Below are positions 18,933 to 30,053 of a stretch of DNA of 64,000 nt, piece after piece. Under the pieces are notes generated by a model. The model had not been told where the DNA came from and made no database searches. It worked only from the letters and a program-made list of their open reading frames with translations. This DNA comes from a bacterium HR34 (GTDB lineage Bacteria; Patescibacteriota; Minisyncoccia; Minisyncoccales; HRBIN34), in the NCBI GenBank assembly GCA_002923395.1, contig BEIK01000001.1, forward strand, positions 21,331 through 85,330. Reading direction: 5' to 3'. Numbering within the stretch: the stretch's first letter is position 1; every line of letters starts with the position of its first letter. Made by a program: the position numbers and the translations under genes.

Positions 18933-20033
18933 TTATTGTTTTTGGGTTTCTTTTTGCTGGTCAACAAGAAATTTTGGAATAAGTATTATTCTGTAATTAT
19001 CTGGATTAAATTCTGATATAACAAATTCATATTCTTTTTCAAGGTTTAAGTGTTTTAACAATTCTTCTTTAGAACCAAACACTGATATATGGCACAAGCC
19101 CTGTATGTCTGGTGATAACTCAATAAAAGCTCCAAAATTCGCTACCCTTTTAACTTTTCCTTTAACAACATCGCCTTTTTTGTATTTGCTTTTTATTTTT
19201 TCCCATGGGTTTTCCTTGAGTTGCTTCAAAGAAAGGAATACTCTGTCGTTTTCTATTTTTACTATTTTCGCCTTTATCCTATCTCCTTTTTTGACAATTT
19301 CAGATGGATCTTCTATAAGTTTCCAATCTAATTCTGATATGTGGATTAATCCTTCAATTGGTTTTATGTTATCTTTGCTAAATTTTATAAACGCGCCAAA
19401 ATCTACCACTGCTGTTATTTCTCCCTCAACAATTTCACCTTCTTTATAATTAGATACGATTTTCTTTAGCGTTTCTGATTCCTTTTCTTTTTCTGAGAGG
19501 ATTAATTTATCCTCTTTTGGATCAATATCTAATATCCTTACTTCCATTTCTTTTCCAACAAATTTTTGGAGTTCTTTTAATATTTTTTGAGGATCGCTTC
19601 CAACTCTTGGATAGTGATCAATTGACAATTGGGAAACAGGTAAAAATGCCTGAATATTTGATATTGTTGTTATTAACCCTCCTTTATTTGCTTTTTCTAT
19701 TTTTACTTTTATTACTTCTCCTTTCTCTTTGAGTTCTTTCAAAGTTTTCCAGTTAAGTTCCTTGCCGGCTTCTTTCATAGATAACTCTACAAAACCCTCT
19801 TCATTTTCAAGTTCAATAACTCTAACTTTAACGGTGTCACCCTTTTTAAGATTTTCAATAACATTTTTTGCATCTAAGAATTCTTTGCCAAAAATAACTC
19901 CTGTTTTAAAACCATAAATATCAAAAAAAGCATACAAACCGTCGTTTCCAAGATATACGGCATCTATAATATCACCAACTTTCGGCACCTTAATTTTTAT
20001 ATCATCTTGTTTTATTTGTGTTTTTTGTTGCAT
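18933..20033 (-). CDS. rpsA: 30S ribosomal protein S1 (four S1 domains)
   Basis: 'AFLPVSQL', 'DFGAFI..EGLIHISEL', 'NFGAFI..QGLCHIS'. Confidence 0.92.
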   Translation of the reverse strand: MQQKTQIKQDDIKIKVPKVGDIIDAVYLGNDGLYAFFDIYGFKTGVIFGKEFLDAKNVIENLKKGDTVKVRVIELENEEGFVELSMKEAGKELNWKTLKELKEKGEVIKVKIEKANKGGLITTISNIQAFLPVSQLSIDHYPRVGSDPQKILKELQKFVGKEMEVRILDIDPKEDKLILSEKEKESETLKKIVSNYKEGEIVEGEITAVVDFGAFIKFSKDNIKPIEGLIHISELDWKLIEDPSEIVKKGDRIKAKIVKIENDRVFLSLKQLKENPWEKIKSKYKKGDVVKGKVKRVANFGAFIELSPDIQGLCHISVFGSKEELLKHLNLEKEYEFVISEFNPDNYRIILIPKFLVDQQKETQKQ

Positions 20034-20101
20034 ACTTTTATATATAATTTATTTTTTTATCATAAACAATTTTAAAAGTCAAAATGTGGAAAAGTTTTAA
20101 T

Positions 20102-20130
20102 TTGATAAAGTGCAGGAAATTTTGTAAAAT
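20102..20130 (+). promoter_or_regulatory. Sigma70-type promoter for the MBL-gyrA unit
   Basis: TTGATA-17 nt-TAAAAT. Confidence 0.5.
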
Positions 20131-20157
20131 AGAAATATTAATTTAACTCTTTTTATT

Positions 20158-20832
20158 ATGCAAATTATTTGGAAGGGTCATGCCTGTTTTAATTTAATTT
20201 TTAGTTTTAACGATCCAAAAGCAGAAAAAAAGCAAATAAGTATTTTAATAGATCCTTACGATAACAAAATAGGAGGAAGGTTAATTTCTGTTCCAAGCGA
20301 TATTTTGCTAATAACTCACGATCATTACGATCACAACAACGCTAAAGTTGCAGGAGAAAATGCTTTTGTTATTAATATGCCGGGAGAATATGAAATAAAA
20401 GGAATTTTTATAGAGGGCATTAAATCATTTCATGATAATAAAAATGGTAAAGAAAGAGGGGTTAACACTATCTATAAAATAGAAGGCGATGGAATAAAAG
20501 TTTGTCATATGGGAGATTTTGGTCAAGATGAGTTGTCAGAGGAGCAATTAGACGGCATAGGTGATGTTGATATACTTTTAATACCTGTTGGTGGTATTTA
20601 TACAGTTGACCCTAAAACAGCATGGCACATTGTTTCGCAGTTAGAACCTAAAATTGTTATACCTATGCACTACCAAACTTCTTGGTTGCAACTTCCAAAA
20701 AAATTACATTCGGTGGAAGAATTCTTGAAAATTGCAGGACAAAAAGATGCGAAACCCCAAAATAAATTGGTTATAAAGCAAAAAGATTTGCCAAGAGAAG
20801 AAACAAAAGTTATTGTTTTAGAAAAATCATAG
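20158..20832 (+). CDS. MBL-fold metallo-hydrolase
   Basis: 'GHACF', 'IDPY', 'THDHYDHN', 'HMGD', 'IPMHY'. Confidence 0.92.
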   Translation: MQIIWKGHACFNLIFSFNDPKAEKKQISILIDPYDNKIGGRLISVPSDILLITHDHYDHNNAKVAGENAFVINMPGEYEIKGIFIEGIKSFHDNKNGKERGVNTIYKIEGDGIKVCHMGDFGQDELSEEQLDGIGDVDILLIPVGGIYTVDPKTAWHIVSQLEPKIVIPMHYQTSWLQLPKKLHSVEEFLKIAGQKDAKPQNKLVIKQKDLPREETKVIVLEKS

Positions 20833-20834
20833 TT

Positions 20835-21062
20835 ATGGCAAATAACAAAACAGAAAACAAAGAAGGTTTAACAAAATTACTGTTTTATTTAGATAAGAAA
20901 CTTGATAATTTTTTAGAAAAGCCATTAGATAAAATTGACAAAAAAGTTGTAAAAATAAAAAGAGAAAAAAGAGTTTTTTATTTTTATTTGTTGTTTTTTG
21001 CTACAGCTTCTTTAATAATTTTGTCTTTTATTAAATTTTCTTTTTTAAAAATTTTGCAGTAA
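20835..21062 (+). CDS. Hypothetical small protein with C-terminal TM helix
   Basis: Packed between the MBL gene and gyrA. Confidence 0.55.
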   Translation: MANNKTENKEGLTKLLFYLDKKLDNFLEKPLDKIDKKVVKIKREKRVFYFYLLFFATASLIILSFIKFSFLKILQ

Positions 21063-21078
21063 AAAATAATTTAACGAT

Positions 21079-23583
21079 ATGCCAAGAAATAAAAAAGATA
21101 ATAACAAAGAAGTACAAAATAACGAAAACAAAAATAATTCTTCCTTGTCGATTAGCGACGGTGTGATTGAAAGAAGTATTGTTGAAGAGATGAAAGAAAG
21201 TTATCTAGCTTATGCGATGTCTGTTATTGTTTCAAGGGCTTTGCCAGATGTTAGAGATGGTTTGAAGCCTGTTCACAGAAGAATACTTTATGTCATGCAT
21301 GAAGATGGCATAACGTCTAACGCAAAATTTAGAAAATCAGCAAATGTTGTTGGTTCAACTTTGGGAAGATATCACCCTCATGGAGATCAGGCGGTTTATG
21401 ATGCTGCGATTAGAATGTCTCAACCTTTTTCTTTAAGATATCCTTTAATACAAGGGCAGGGTAACATAGGTTCTATTGATGATCCATCAGAATACGCTGC
21501 TATGCGTTATACAGAGATGCGTTTATCAAAAATTGGAGAAGAAATGCTAAGAGATATAGAAAAGAACACAGTAGATTTTATGGAAAATTATGATGGCACA
21601 AGAAAAGAGCCTGTTGTTCTGCCATCTCCAATTCCGAACTTGTTGATAAATGGTTCTTTAGGAATTGCTGTTGGTATGGCAACAAATATTCCACCTCATA
21701 ATCTTAGCGAAGTTGTTGATGCGTGTTGCTATTATATTGATAATCCTGACTGCAAAACAGAAGATTTATTTCAGTTTATCCAAGGACCTGACTTTCCTTT
21801 AGGAGGCGCTATCTTCAACAAAAAAGAAATAATTCAAGCCTATTCTCAGGGAAGAGGACCTATTATTATGAGAGGAGATATTAATGTTGAAGAAGACAAA
21901 AAAGGAAAGATTAGGCTTGTAATAACATCTATTCCTTATCAAGTGCAAAAGTCAACCTTAATGGAACAATTTGCAAAACTCATTCAAGAGAAAAAACTCG
22001 TTGGCATAAAAGATATTAGAGATGAATCAGACAAAGAAGGAATGAGGATTGTTATTGAACTTCAAAGAGATGCTTTCCCAAAGAAAGTAATAAATCAACT
22101 TTATAAATTTACAGATCTTCAAAAAATATATCATTTGAATATGTTAGCACTTGTTGATGGAATACAGCCTCAGGTTTTATCTTTGGTTGATGTTATTAAA
22201 TATTATATTGAGCATAGAGAAAAAGTTATCTACAGAAGAACTGAGTATGAACTAGAAAAAGCAAGGAACAGGGCCCATATTTTAGAGGGTCTACATAGAT
22301 GCCTTGGAAATATAGATGAAGTTATAAGAATAATTAAGGGTTCTAAAGACAGGGAAGATGCAAAAACAAAGTTAATGAAAAGATTTAGATTGACAGAGAT
22401 ACAAGCAAATGCAATTTTAGACACGAAACTTGCATCCTTGGCAAAACTTGAAAGAAAGAAAATAGAAGATGAGTTAAAAATGTTAAGAGCACAAATAAAA
22501 GAACTTGAAGCGATTTTAAAGAGTGATAAAAAAGTAAAAGAAATAGTTAAAAAAGAACTTTTAGAGATAAAACAAAAATATGGAGATGAAAGACGAACAA
22601 AAGTTTTTGCTCATGGTATAGGAGAATTTTCAGAAGAAGATTTAATTCCAGATGAAGAAACAATAATAACGATTACAAAAGGAGGTTATATAAAAAGGGT
22701 TAATCCTAAAGTTTACAAAGAACAAAAAAGAGGAGGAAAGGGAGTAATTGGTATGCAAACCATGGGAGAGGATGTTGTGGAGCACTTTTTATATGCAAGA
22801 ACTCACGATAATATTTTGTTTTTCACAGATTCTGGAAAAGTCTTTCAGGTAAAAGCCTATGAGATACCAGAAGGGCAAAGATTGTCAAAAGGAAGAGGCA
22901 TAACTAACTTTTTAGAGATATCACAAAATGAAAAAATTTTATCTCTGCTTACTTTATCAAAAGATGACATAGAAAGAGGATTTAAGTTTATTGCTATGGC
23001 AACAGAAAAGGGATTGGCGAAGAAAACTCCGTTGGATGATTTTAAGAATGTTAGGAGGTCAGGTTTAACAGCAATAACTCTCAAAAAAGGCGACAGTCTT
23101 GTTTCTGCCAAAAAAACAACAGGAGACGATTCTATTATGCTAATAACTCAAAACGGCCAATCAATACATTTCAAGGAAAAAGATATAAGGTCAATGGGAA
23201 GACAGGCAAGCGGTGTTACTGGCATAAGGCTTAGAGAAAACGATAAAGTTGTTTCTATGGAAGTTATTAATAAAGAATGGCAAAAAGGAGACATTCTTTT
23301 AATATCTGAAAATGGATATGGTAAAAGGGTAAAAATAAGTTTGTTCAAGACACAGAAAAGAGGAGGAAGCGGAATAAAAATCATGACAACTACGCAAAAA
23401 ACAGGAAAAATTGTTAGTTCTCATATTATTTATGAACAAGAACATTTAATAGCGATTTCAGAAAAAGGGCAGGTTATAAAAACAGACATAAAAAACATTT
23501 CGCAATTTGGAAGGCAGGCACAGGGAGTTAGAATAATGAAGTTAGATAAAGATGATAAAGTAGCAAGTTTCGATTGCGTTTAA
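21079..23583 (+). CDS. gyrA: DNA gyrase subunit A
   Basis: '[16 protein letters not shown]', 'YHPHGD', catalytic 'AAMRYTE', GyrA-box 'QKRGGKG'. Confidence 0.98.
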   Translation: MPRNKKDNNKEVQNNENKNNSSLSISDGVIERSIVEEMKESYLAYAMSVIVSRALPDVRDGLKPVHRRILYVMHEDGITSNAKFRKSANVVGSTLGRYHPHGDQAVYDAAIRMSQPFSLRYPLIQGQGNIGSIDDPSEYAAMRYTEMRLSKIGEEMLRDIEKNTVDFMENYDGTRKEPVVLPSPIPNLLINGSLGIAVGMATNIPPHNLSEVVDACCYYIDNPDCKTEDLFQFIQGPDFPLGGAIFNKKEIIQAYSQGRGPIIMRGDINVEEDKKGKIRLVITSIPYQVQKSTLMEQFAKLIQEKKLVGIKDIRDESDKEGMRIVIELQRDAFPKKVINQLYKFTDLQKIYHLNMLALVDGIQPQVLSLVDVIKYYIEHREKVIYRRTEYELEKARNRAHILEGLHRCLGNIDEVIRIIKGSKDREDAKTKLMKRFRLTEIQANAILDTKLASLAKLERKKIEDELKMLRAQIKELEAILKSDKKVKEIVKKELLEIKQKYGDERRTKVFAHGIGEFSEEDLIPDEETIITITKGGYIKRVNPKVYKEQKRGGKGVIGMQTMGEDVVEHFLYARTHDNILFFTDSGKVFQVKAYEIPEGQRLSKGRGITNFLEISQNEKILSLLTLSKDDIERGFKFIAMATEKGLAKKTPLDDFKNVRRSGLTAITLKKGDSLVSAKKTTGDDSIMLITQNGQSIHFKEKDIRSMGRQASGVTGIRLRENDKVVSMEVINKEWQKGDILLISENGYGKRVKISLFKTQKRGGSGIKIMTTTQKTGKIVSSHIIYEQEHLIAISEKGQVIKTDIKNISQFGRQAQGVRIMKLDKDDKVASFDCV

Positions 23584-23636
23584 AATTGTTTCAAGAAAAT
23601 TAGTGTTTGGTAAAATATAATAATTATTTTATTAAA

Positions 23637-24152
23637 ATGAAAAATAAATTTTTTAGAGCAGTTTTATTAATTTTGGTGGTTTTATTTTCTTTGCCTATTC
23701 TAATTTTTGCGCAGGGAGGCGGTAAGGGTTTGTGTGAGGCTTGCGATCCTAATGCTGCTAGTGATGAGTGTGGTGTTCATGAAATAAAAGATGAAAGTGG
23801 CAATGTTATTGAGACAAAAGATTTGGTTTGCGTGAGTATTGATGGAAAAACAGGGCAATGTGAGATAAAAGGAGAGATAACTTTTTGCCCTAAGACTATT
23901 ATTGATGGTGGCGAATCACCCTTACTGGCAATTATAGGTAAAGTTATTAACCTTTTATTTATGCTCGCTGTTATTATAGCTCCTTTAATGTTGGTGGTCG
24001 CAGGGTTAATTTTTATGTTTTCTGTTGGCAATTACGAACTTAGAGAAAAAGTAAAATCAATTATAGTTTGGACAATAATTGGTTTTGTTGTAATTGCTTT
24101 AAGTTATGTTATTTTATCGATTATTAAATACCTCCTCAATATTGAAACTTAA
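23637..24152 (+). CDS. TrbC/VirB2-like pilin with Cys-rich N-terminal domain
   Basis: Signal peptide (MKNKFF...IFA-Q), Cys-rich segment, two TM helices with 'AGLIFMFSVGN...VKSIIVWTIIG'. Start placed at the ATG at 23637. Confidence 0.75.
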   Translation: MKNKFFRAVLLILVVLFSLPILIFAQGGGKGLCEACDPNAASDECGVHEIKDESGNVIETKDLVCVSIDGKTGQCEIKGEITFCPKTIIDGGESPLLAIIGKVINLLFMLAVIIAPLMLVVAGLIFMFSVGNYELREKVKSIIVWTIIGFVVIALSYVILSIIKYLLNIET

Positions 24153-24153
24153 A

Positions 24154-24561
24154 ATGACTAAAAAACTCTCATCACTTCTTTTCTTATTAATATTTTTTCC
24201 TTCTTTTTTGTTTTCTGCTGGTTTGTGTGAGAAATGTTCTGGCGTTGGTAATTGTGACGCTGGTTTAACTTGTGTTGATGGCAAATGCGTTTATGAAGGA
24301 GAAGATGTTGCTCAAATTTGTCCTGTTTCTGAAACAAGTTTTGTAGATTTTTTAGCAAATCTTTTTTGGTCAATAACTTATATTTTGGTTGCTGTTATTG
24401 GTGTGATGGCAGCAATTGGTGGTTTTTTATACGTTACAGCAGGAGGCAATTATTACAACATTGAAAGGGCAAAAGCATTTTTGTCTTGGATAATTTACGC
24501 TGTTATATTTATATTTTTAATGCAAATATCTTTAATAATAATAAGATTGGTTCTTGAATAA
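24154..24561 (+). CDS. TrbC/VirB2-like pilin with Cys-rich N-terminal domain
   Basis: Signal peptide, 'GLCEKC...C...CVDGKC...CP', 'GGFLYVTAGGN...ERAK'. Start placed at the ATG at 24154. Confidence 0.78.
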   Translation: MTKKLSSLLFLLIFFPSFLFSAGLCEKCSGVGNCDAGLTCVDGKCVYEGEDVAQICPVSETSFVDFLANLFWSITYILVAVIGVMAAIGGFLYVTAGGNYYNIERAKAFLSWIIYAVIFIFLMQISLIIIRLVLE

Positions 24562-24579
24562 ACAAAATAATTTTTTTAC

Positions 24580-24607
24580 TTGACTTAGTTTTATGATGTT
24601 ATATATT
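24580..24607 (+). promoter_or_regulatory. Putative sigma70 promoter of the third pilin
   Basis: TTGACT-16 nt-TATATT, followed by two AGGTCGA motifs. Confidence 0.45.
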
Positions 24608-24704
24608 TTAAATATAAATCAATAAAGGTCGAATTAATTATAAAGCAATTAAAGGTCGATAAAAAATAACTAAATTTATAATTAAAAAACTAAATTAAAA
24701 ATTT

Positions 24705-25142
24705 ATGCAATTAAAGAAACTACTAGCTACAATTTCATTACTATCTTTAGTTTTAGGTTTGGTTGTAGTTATACCTGACTATGCTCAATCACAACAACCA
24801 TTGGGTCCACAGGCTGGTTGTACATTAAGGACAGATGTAAAATGGGAAAATAGTACAATCAACAAGGGCACTCCGGCTAATGAAGGAAATTATGGGCAAG
24901 CATGGTCAACAATATGTCTCATAGATACAATTCAGTTTGCAATAAGATGGTTATTCTTAATTATTGTTATTATAGCAGTAATATTGATAGTAATTGCTTC
25001 TCTACTGTGGTTGACAGCAGCAGGTAATGAAGAACAAACAAAGAGAGCAAGAGGTCTTATAACAGCAGCAGCAGTTGGTATTGCAATAGCAGCAATAGCT
25101 TACATGGTACCTTCAATAGTAAGATACATTTTAGGTGTGTAA
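24705..25142 (+). CDS. TrbC/VirB2-like pilin (probable major subunit)
   Basis: Signal peptide, two Cys, 'LLWLTAAGNEEQTKRARGLITAAAVG'; own promoter and terminator. Confidence 0.8.
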   Translation: MQLKKLLATISLLSLVLGLVVVIPDYAQSQQPLGPQAGCTLRTDVKWENSTINKGTPANEGNYGQAWSTICLIDTIQFAIRWLFLIIVIIAVILIVIASLLWLTAAGNEEQTKRARGLITAAAVGIAIAAIAYMVPSIVRYILGV

Positions 25143-25164
25143 AGATAAATTAAGGGATTTTTGG

Positions 25165-25198
25165 GGCGCGCCCTTTGAGGGCGCGCCTTTTGTTTTTT
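25165..25198 (+). terminator. Rho-independent terminator after the pilin array
   Basis: GGCGCGCCCT-TTG-AGGGCGCGCC followed by TTTTGTTTTTT. Confidence 0.9.
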
Positions 25199-25461
25199 GA
25201 TTTTACTTTGCTAAAATAAAATAATAAACAAAAACAATATAACTTTCACAAGAAATGTAGTTGGAACTATTAGGAAATTATATTAGTCTGATAATTTAAA
25301 CATTGTATAGTAGAATAAAATTGCGTTTGTTAGAAAAGACAATTTAATATCTATTCATAAAAATAATTTTAATCATAATGGGGAGAAAGATGAAGGTGTT
25401 ATAATAACAACTCTTAAAATTACAACACAAGGTATAAAAGAAAAAAGTTTAGAAATTTTAG

Positions 25462-27561
25462 ATGAACTATTTTGACTTACCACTAAGAAAAATAATTAGT
25501 ATTGGCGAGAGTTTAAGCAAAAAACTTGAAAGTGCTGGAATTAAAACAATAGGCGACGTGCTTTTCTATTTTCCAATAAGATATGATGATTTAACAAAGT
25601 TAAAAGATATAAAAGATGTAAGGTTAGGAGAAGAAGTTGTCTTAAAAGGTAAAATACTGCAGTTGTCTCATAGTAAGACTTTCAAAAAAAACATATTTAT
25701 TACAGAAGCTTTGGTTTCTGACAATACAGGATCAATTAGGGTTATTTGGTTTAACCAGCCATATTTAAAAAATGTTTTAAGAGAGGGAGGTGAGTATTAT
25801 TTTTTTGGAAAAATATATTTTGATAAAAAAAGTCTTTATCTTTCAACACCGTTTTTTGAAGAAGTAAAAGACAAACAAAAATATTTTGACAAAATTTTTC
25901 CTGTTTACAAAGAAATAAAAAATCTTCCATCAAGGCAGATAGCAAATCTTGTTAAAAAAACAATAGAAAAAATTCCAGAATTGAAAGATTATTTGCCAGA
26001 TTTTATTTTAGAAAGAGAAGGTTATCTAAAATTAAAAGACGCTTTTGAAAAAATTCATTTTCCTTCTTCTGTAAAAGAGGCAGAATTGGCAATAGAAAGA
26101 TTTAAGTTTGAGCAGGTTTTTAGCATAATATTGCTGACATTAAAAATAAAATATAAAATATCAAGACAAATAGCGCCTGTCATAAAACCTGATATTGATT
26201 TAATTAAAAAATTTTTATCAACTCTTAACTTCAACCTTACTTTAGCGCAAAAAAAGGCAATATGGATTATATTAAAGGATTTAGAAAAACCAAGGCCAAT
26301 GAACAGACTCTTGGAAGGCGATGTTGGTTCTGGTAAAACAGTTGTTGCTTTAACTTGCGCTTTAAATTGCATAAAGCAAGGCTATCAGGTTGCTTTTATG
26401 GTTCCAACAGAAGTTTTAGCAAAACAACACTTTAAAACAGCAGCAAAGCTTTTCGCTGACTTTGGAGTAAATATAGGTTTACTAACTGGCAGAGAAGATA
26501 AATTTATTTCGGAAAAACTTAAAAATCAAGAAATAGAAATTTCAGAAAGAAAACTTTTACAAAAAACAGAAAAAGGAGAAATAGATATATTAATTGGCAC
26601 CCACACTTTAATACAAGACAAAGTTAAATTCGCAAGACTCGGTTTTATAATTTTAGACGAACAGCACAGATTTGGCGTCGAACAAAGGGCAAAACTTGCC
26701 AAAAGTCCAATAAGAGAAAACGGAAAAATTTTAATACCGCACTTGCTTTCAATGACAGCAACTCCCATACCAAGAACCCTTGCTTTAACAATTTACGGTG
26801 ACTTAGATGTTGTTTTATTAGATCAACTTCCAGAAGGAAGAAAAAAAGTTGTAACAAAAGTTTTTTCAAATAAAGACAAAGAAAAAGCCTTGGAGATTGT
26901 AAAAGAGGAAGTATTAAAAGGAAATCAATGTTTCGTTATATGTCCAAGAATAGAAGAAAAAGAAAAAAAAGAAATGGAGTTAGTTTCTGTTAATGAAGAA
27001 TACGAGTTTTTAAAAAAAAGATTTCCAAAGTTTAATATAGCAAAAATACACAGTAAACTTAAAAAAACAGAAAAAGAGAAGATAATGCAGGATTTTAGAG
27101 ATGGAAATATAGACATTTTAGTTTCAACGTCAGTTGTTGAAGTTGGCGTTGATATACCAAAAGCAACCTGCATTTTAATAGAAAACGCCGAAAGATTTGG
27201 CTTGGCGCAATTGCACCAATTTAGAGGGAGGGTTGGGAGGAGTGATTTACAATCTTTCTGCCTTTTAATTACCGACAAAAAATCTTTAAAAACATTGCAA
27301 AGAATTAAGGCTATTTTAGAGAGTAAAAACAGTTTTGAACTTGCCGAAAAAGATTTACAAATAAGAGGGCCTGGAGATTTTATTGGCAAAAAACAATCTG
27401 GTATGCCAGATATTGCCATGCAAGCCTTATCTGATAGGAAATTAGTTGAAAAGGCAAGGGAATATGCAAAAGAGCTTTTAGAAAAAGATCTACATCTTAA
27501 AAACTATCCTTACTTGAGAAGTAAACTTGTAGAATTGGCAAAAAAAATTCATTTTGAGTAA
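25462..27561 (+). CDS. recG: ATP-dependent DNA helicase RecG
   Basis: OB wedge 'WFNQPY', 'RLLEGDVGSGKT', 'DEQHRFGVEQR', 'QFRGRVGR', 'DLQIRGPGD'. Confidence 0.97.
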   Translation: MNYFDLPLRKIISIGESLSKKLESAGIKTIGDVLFYFPIRYDDLTKLKDIKDVRLGEEVVLKGKILQLSHSKTFKKNIFITEALVSDNTGSIRVIWFNQPYLKNVLREGGEYYFFGKIYFDKKSLYLSTPFFEEVKDKQKYFDKIFPVYKEIKNLPSRQIANLVKKTIEKIPELKDYLPDFILEREGYLKLKDAFEKIHFPSSVKEAELAIERFKFEQVFSIILLTLKIKYKISRQIAPVIKPDIDLIKKFLSTLNFNLTLAQKKAIWIILKDLEKPRPMNRLLEGDVGSGKTVVALTCALNCIKQGYQVAFMVPTEVLAKQHFKTAAKLFADFGVNIGLLTGREDKFISEKLKNQEIEISERKLLQKTEKGEIDILIGTHTLIQDKVKFARLGFIILDEQHRFGVEQRAKLAKSPIRENGKILIPHLLSMTATPIPRTLALTIYGDLDVVLLDQLPEGRKKVVTKVFSNKDKEKALEIVKEEVLKGNQCFVICPRIEEKEKKEMELVSVNEEYEFLKKRFPKFNIAKIHSKLKKTEKEKIMQDFRDGNIDILVSTSVVEVGVDIPKATCILIENAERFGLAQLHQFRGRVGRSDLQSFCLLITDKKSLKTLQRIKAILESKNSFELAEKDLQIRGPGDFIGKKQSGMPDIAMQALSDRKLVEKAREYAKELLEKDLHLKNYPYLRSKLVELAKKIHFE

Positions 27562-27591
27562 AATATAACTATTAAGGTAATTTTAAAAAAA

Positions 27592-30048
27592 ATGAAGTTA
27601 GAAAACTATTTATCAGAAAAACTTGACAAAAAATGGCAAAAAATTTGGGAAGAAAATAATCTTTACAAAACAGACGAAAAACCAAAGAGAAAATTCTATT
27701 GTTTGGATATGTTTCCTTATCCTTCTGGGAAAGGTTTGCATGTTGGTCATTTAAGAGGGTATATAGCTTCTGATATTATATCAAGATTTTACAGAATGAG
27801 AGGTTATTCTGTTTTACATCCTATGGGTTTTGATGCCTTTGGTTTACCAGCAGAAAACGCTGCCATAAAATTCGGCGTCCACCCAAAAGAATGGACCTAC
27901 AACAACATTAAAACAATGACAAACCAATTAAAGAAATTAGGATGTATGTATGATTGGGAAAGGACAATCGCGACTTGTGAGCCAATTTACTATAAATTTA
28001 CTCAGTGGATTTTTATACAACTTTACAAAGCAGGGTTAGTTAAAAGGGAAAATACATATGTTAACTGGTGTGATTCTTGCAAAACAGTTTTGGCCAATGA
28101 GCAAGTTATAAAAGGAAAATGTGAAAGATGTGATAATTATGTTTATCAAAAAACAATTGAGCAATGGGTTTTTAAAATAACAGAGTTTGCAGAGGATTTA
28201 TTGAAAGGTTTGAATAAAGTTGATTGGCCAGAATCTACTGTTGAGTTGCAAAAAAACTGGATAGGGAAATCAGAGGGTTGGCAGATTGTTTTTGATGTGA
28301 AAGTAGATTCAAAAGAGTTTCGAGATACCATAGAAATTTTTACCACAAGATTGGATACGATTTTCGGTGTTAGTTTTTTAGCGATCTCACCAGACCACCC
28401 ATTACTTGCAAGAATTCAAAACATAATAGAAAACTTGTCTGAAGTTCAAAATTATATTGTTGCCTCAAAAATGAAAAAAGAAGTTGAAAGATTGGAGGCA
28501 GCAGGCGAGAAAACAGGAGTTGAGTTAAAAGGCGTGAAGGCTATAAACCCTGTTAATGGAAAAGAAGTCCCTATTTTTGTTGCCGATTATGTTTTAATGA
28601 CATATGCAACAGGCGCTGTGATGGGCGTGCCAGCGCACGATCAAAGAGATTTTGATTTTGCTAAAAAATACGGTCTCGAAGTAGTTCAAGTTGTGCAAGA
28701 TAGAGAAGGGAAAGTAAATGTTAAAGATAGGGCTTTTGAAGAGTACGGAGTTTTAATAAATTCTGATAAATACAATGGCCTTGAATCTCAAAAAGCAATT
28801 CAAAAAATAGGAGAGGATTTACAAAAACAAAACAGGGCAGAGCCGAGAATTTATTATCATTTGAGAGATTGGATAATTTCGAGACAAAGATATTGGGGCG
28901 CTCCAATACCAATGATTTACTGCGAAAAATGTGGTTGGCAACCAGTTCCTGAAGAGGATTTGCCTGTTCTATTGCCAGAAATAGAAGATTTCAAACCAAC
29001 AGGAGATGGCAGATCGCCTCTTGCAAAAAGCGAGGAATTTGTTAATACAAAATGCCCTTCTTGCAAGGGACCTGCCAAAAGGGAAACAGATACTATGGAT
29101 ACATTCGTTGATTCTTCTTGGTACTACTTTAGGTATACTGATCCGAAAAATGCAAAAGAGTTTGCCTCAAGGAAAGAAATAGAAAAATGGCTTCCTGTTG
29201 ATTTTTATATTGGAGGTTCAGAGCATGCAGTTGGGCATCTTTTATATTCGAGATTTATAACAAGATTTTTAAAAAAGAAAAAATTAATTAGTTTTTCTGA
29301 ACCTTTTTTGAAATTGAAGCATCCTGGAATTGTTCTTGGAAGCGACGGTTTTAAAATGTCAAAATCAAGAGGTAATGTTGTAAATCCAGACGATATTATT
29401 GCAAAATACGGCGTTGATACATTAAGAGTTTATGAAATGTTTATGGGCCCTTTGGGTGAGGGTATGCCTTGGAGCGATAAGGGAATAGAAGGATGTTATA
29501 GGTTCTTGCAGAAAGTTATTAGGATAAAAGAGAAAGTTGCTGATATTAATGAAAAAGAATGCAAAGGATGGAAAGAAATATTAGAGTTACACAAAACCAT
29601 TAAAAAAGTTACAAAAGATATAATTAACTTTAAGTTAAACACTGCAATAGCTAGCTTAATGAATTTTTCAAATGTAATGTGGAAAATGGAAAAAGTGCCA
29701 AAATTATATTACGAAACATTTTTAAAACTTTTGGCACCCTTTGCCCCTCATACAACAGAACAATTATGGTTTGAGATAAAAGGTTTCAAAGAATTTAAAA
29801 AAGAAAATTCAATTCATTTACAACCATTTCCAAAATACGACCCACGACTTATAAAAGAAGAATTTTTAGAAATACCAGTGCAGATAAACGGAAAACTAAG
29901 AGATGTTTTGAGGGTAAGATCTGACGAAAAAGATAATAAAATAAAAGAACTTGCATTAAACAGCGAAAAAGTGAAAAAGTACATTGACAGAAAAACAATT
30001 AAGAAAATTATATATATTAAACGAAAATTAATTAATTTAGTTGTCTAA
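27592..30048 (+). CDS. leuS: Leucine--tRNA ligase
   Basis: 'MFPYPSGKGLHVGH', editing domain 'GAVMGVPAHDQRD', 'KMSKS'. Confidence 0.98.
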   Translation: MKLENYLSEKLDKKWQKIWEENNLYKTDEKPKRKFYCLDMFPYPSGKGLHVGHLRGYIASDIISRFYRMRGYSVLHPMGFDAFGLPAENAAIKFGVHPKEWTYNNIKTMTNQLKKLGCMYDWERTIATCEPIYYKFTQWIFIQLYKAGLVKRENTYVNWCDSCKTVLANEQVIKGKCERCDNYVYQKTIEQWVFKITEFAEDLLKGLNKVDWPESTVELQKNWIGKSEGWQIVFDVKVDSKEFRDTIEIFTTRLDTIFGVSFLAISPDHPLLARIQNIIENLSEVQNYIVASKMKKEVERLEAAGEKTGVELKGVKAINPVNGKEVPIFVADYVLMTYATGAVMGVPAHDQRDFDFAKKYGLEVVQVVQDREGKVNVKDRAFEEYGVLINSDKYNGLESQKAIQKIGEDLQKQNRAEPRIYYHLRDWIISRQRYWGAPIPMIYCEKCGWQPVPEEDLPVLLPEIEDFKPTGDGRSPLAKSEEFVNTKCPSCKGPAKRETDTMDTFVDSSWYYFRYTDPKNAKEFASRKEIEKWLPVDFYIGGSEHAVGHLLYSRFITRFLKKKKLISFSEPFLKLKHPGIVLGSDGFKMSKSRGNVVNPDDIIAKYGVDTLRVYEMFMGPLGEGMPWSDKGIEGCYRFLQKVIRIKEKVADINEKECKGWKEILELHKTIKKVTKDIINFKLNTAIASLMNFSNVMWKMEKVPKLYYETFLKLLAPFAPHTTEQLWFEIKGFKEFKKENSIHLQPFPKYDPRLIKEEFLEIPVQINGKLRDVLRVRSDEKDNKIKELALNSEKVKKYIDRKTIKKIIYIKRKLINLVV

Positions 30049-30053
30049 TTTTT

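Noticed and set aside
17301-19917. Several antisense ORFs up to 173 aa over ftsH and rpsA, and similar ones over gyrA, recG, relA, topA, htrA and glyA
   Set aside because: Shadow ORFs of well-supported genes, with no independent motifs.
25200-25461. 260-nt gap before recG as a gene remnant or ncRNA
   Set aside because: No recognisable motif, stable structure or convincing frame.
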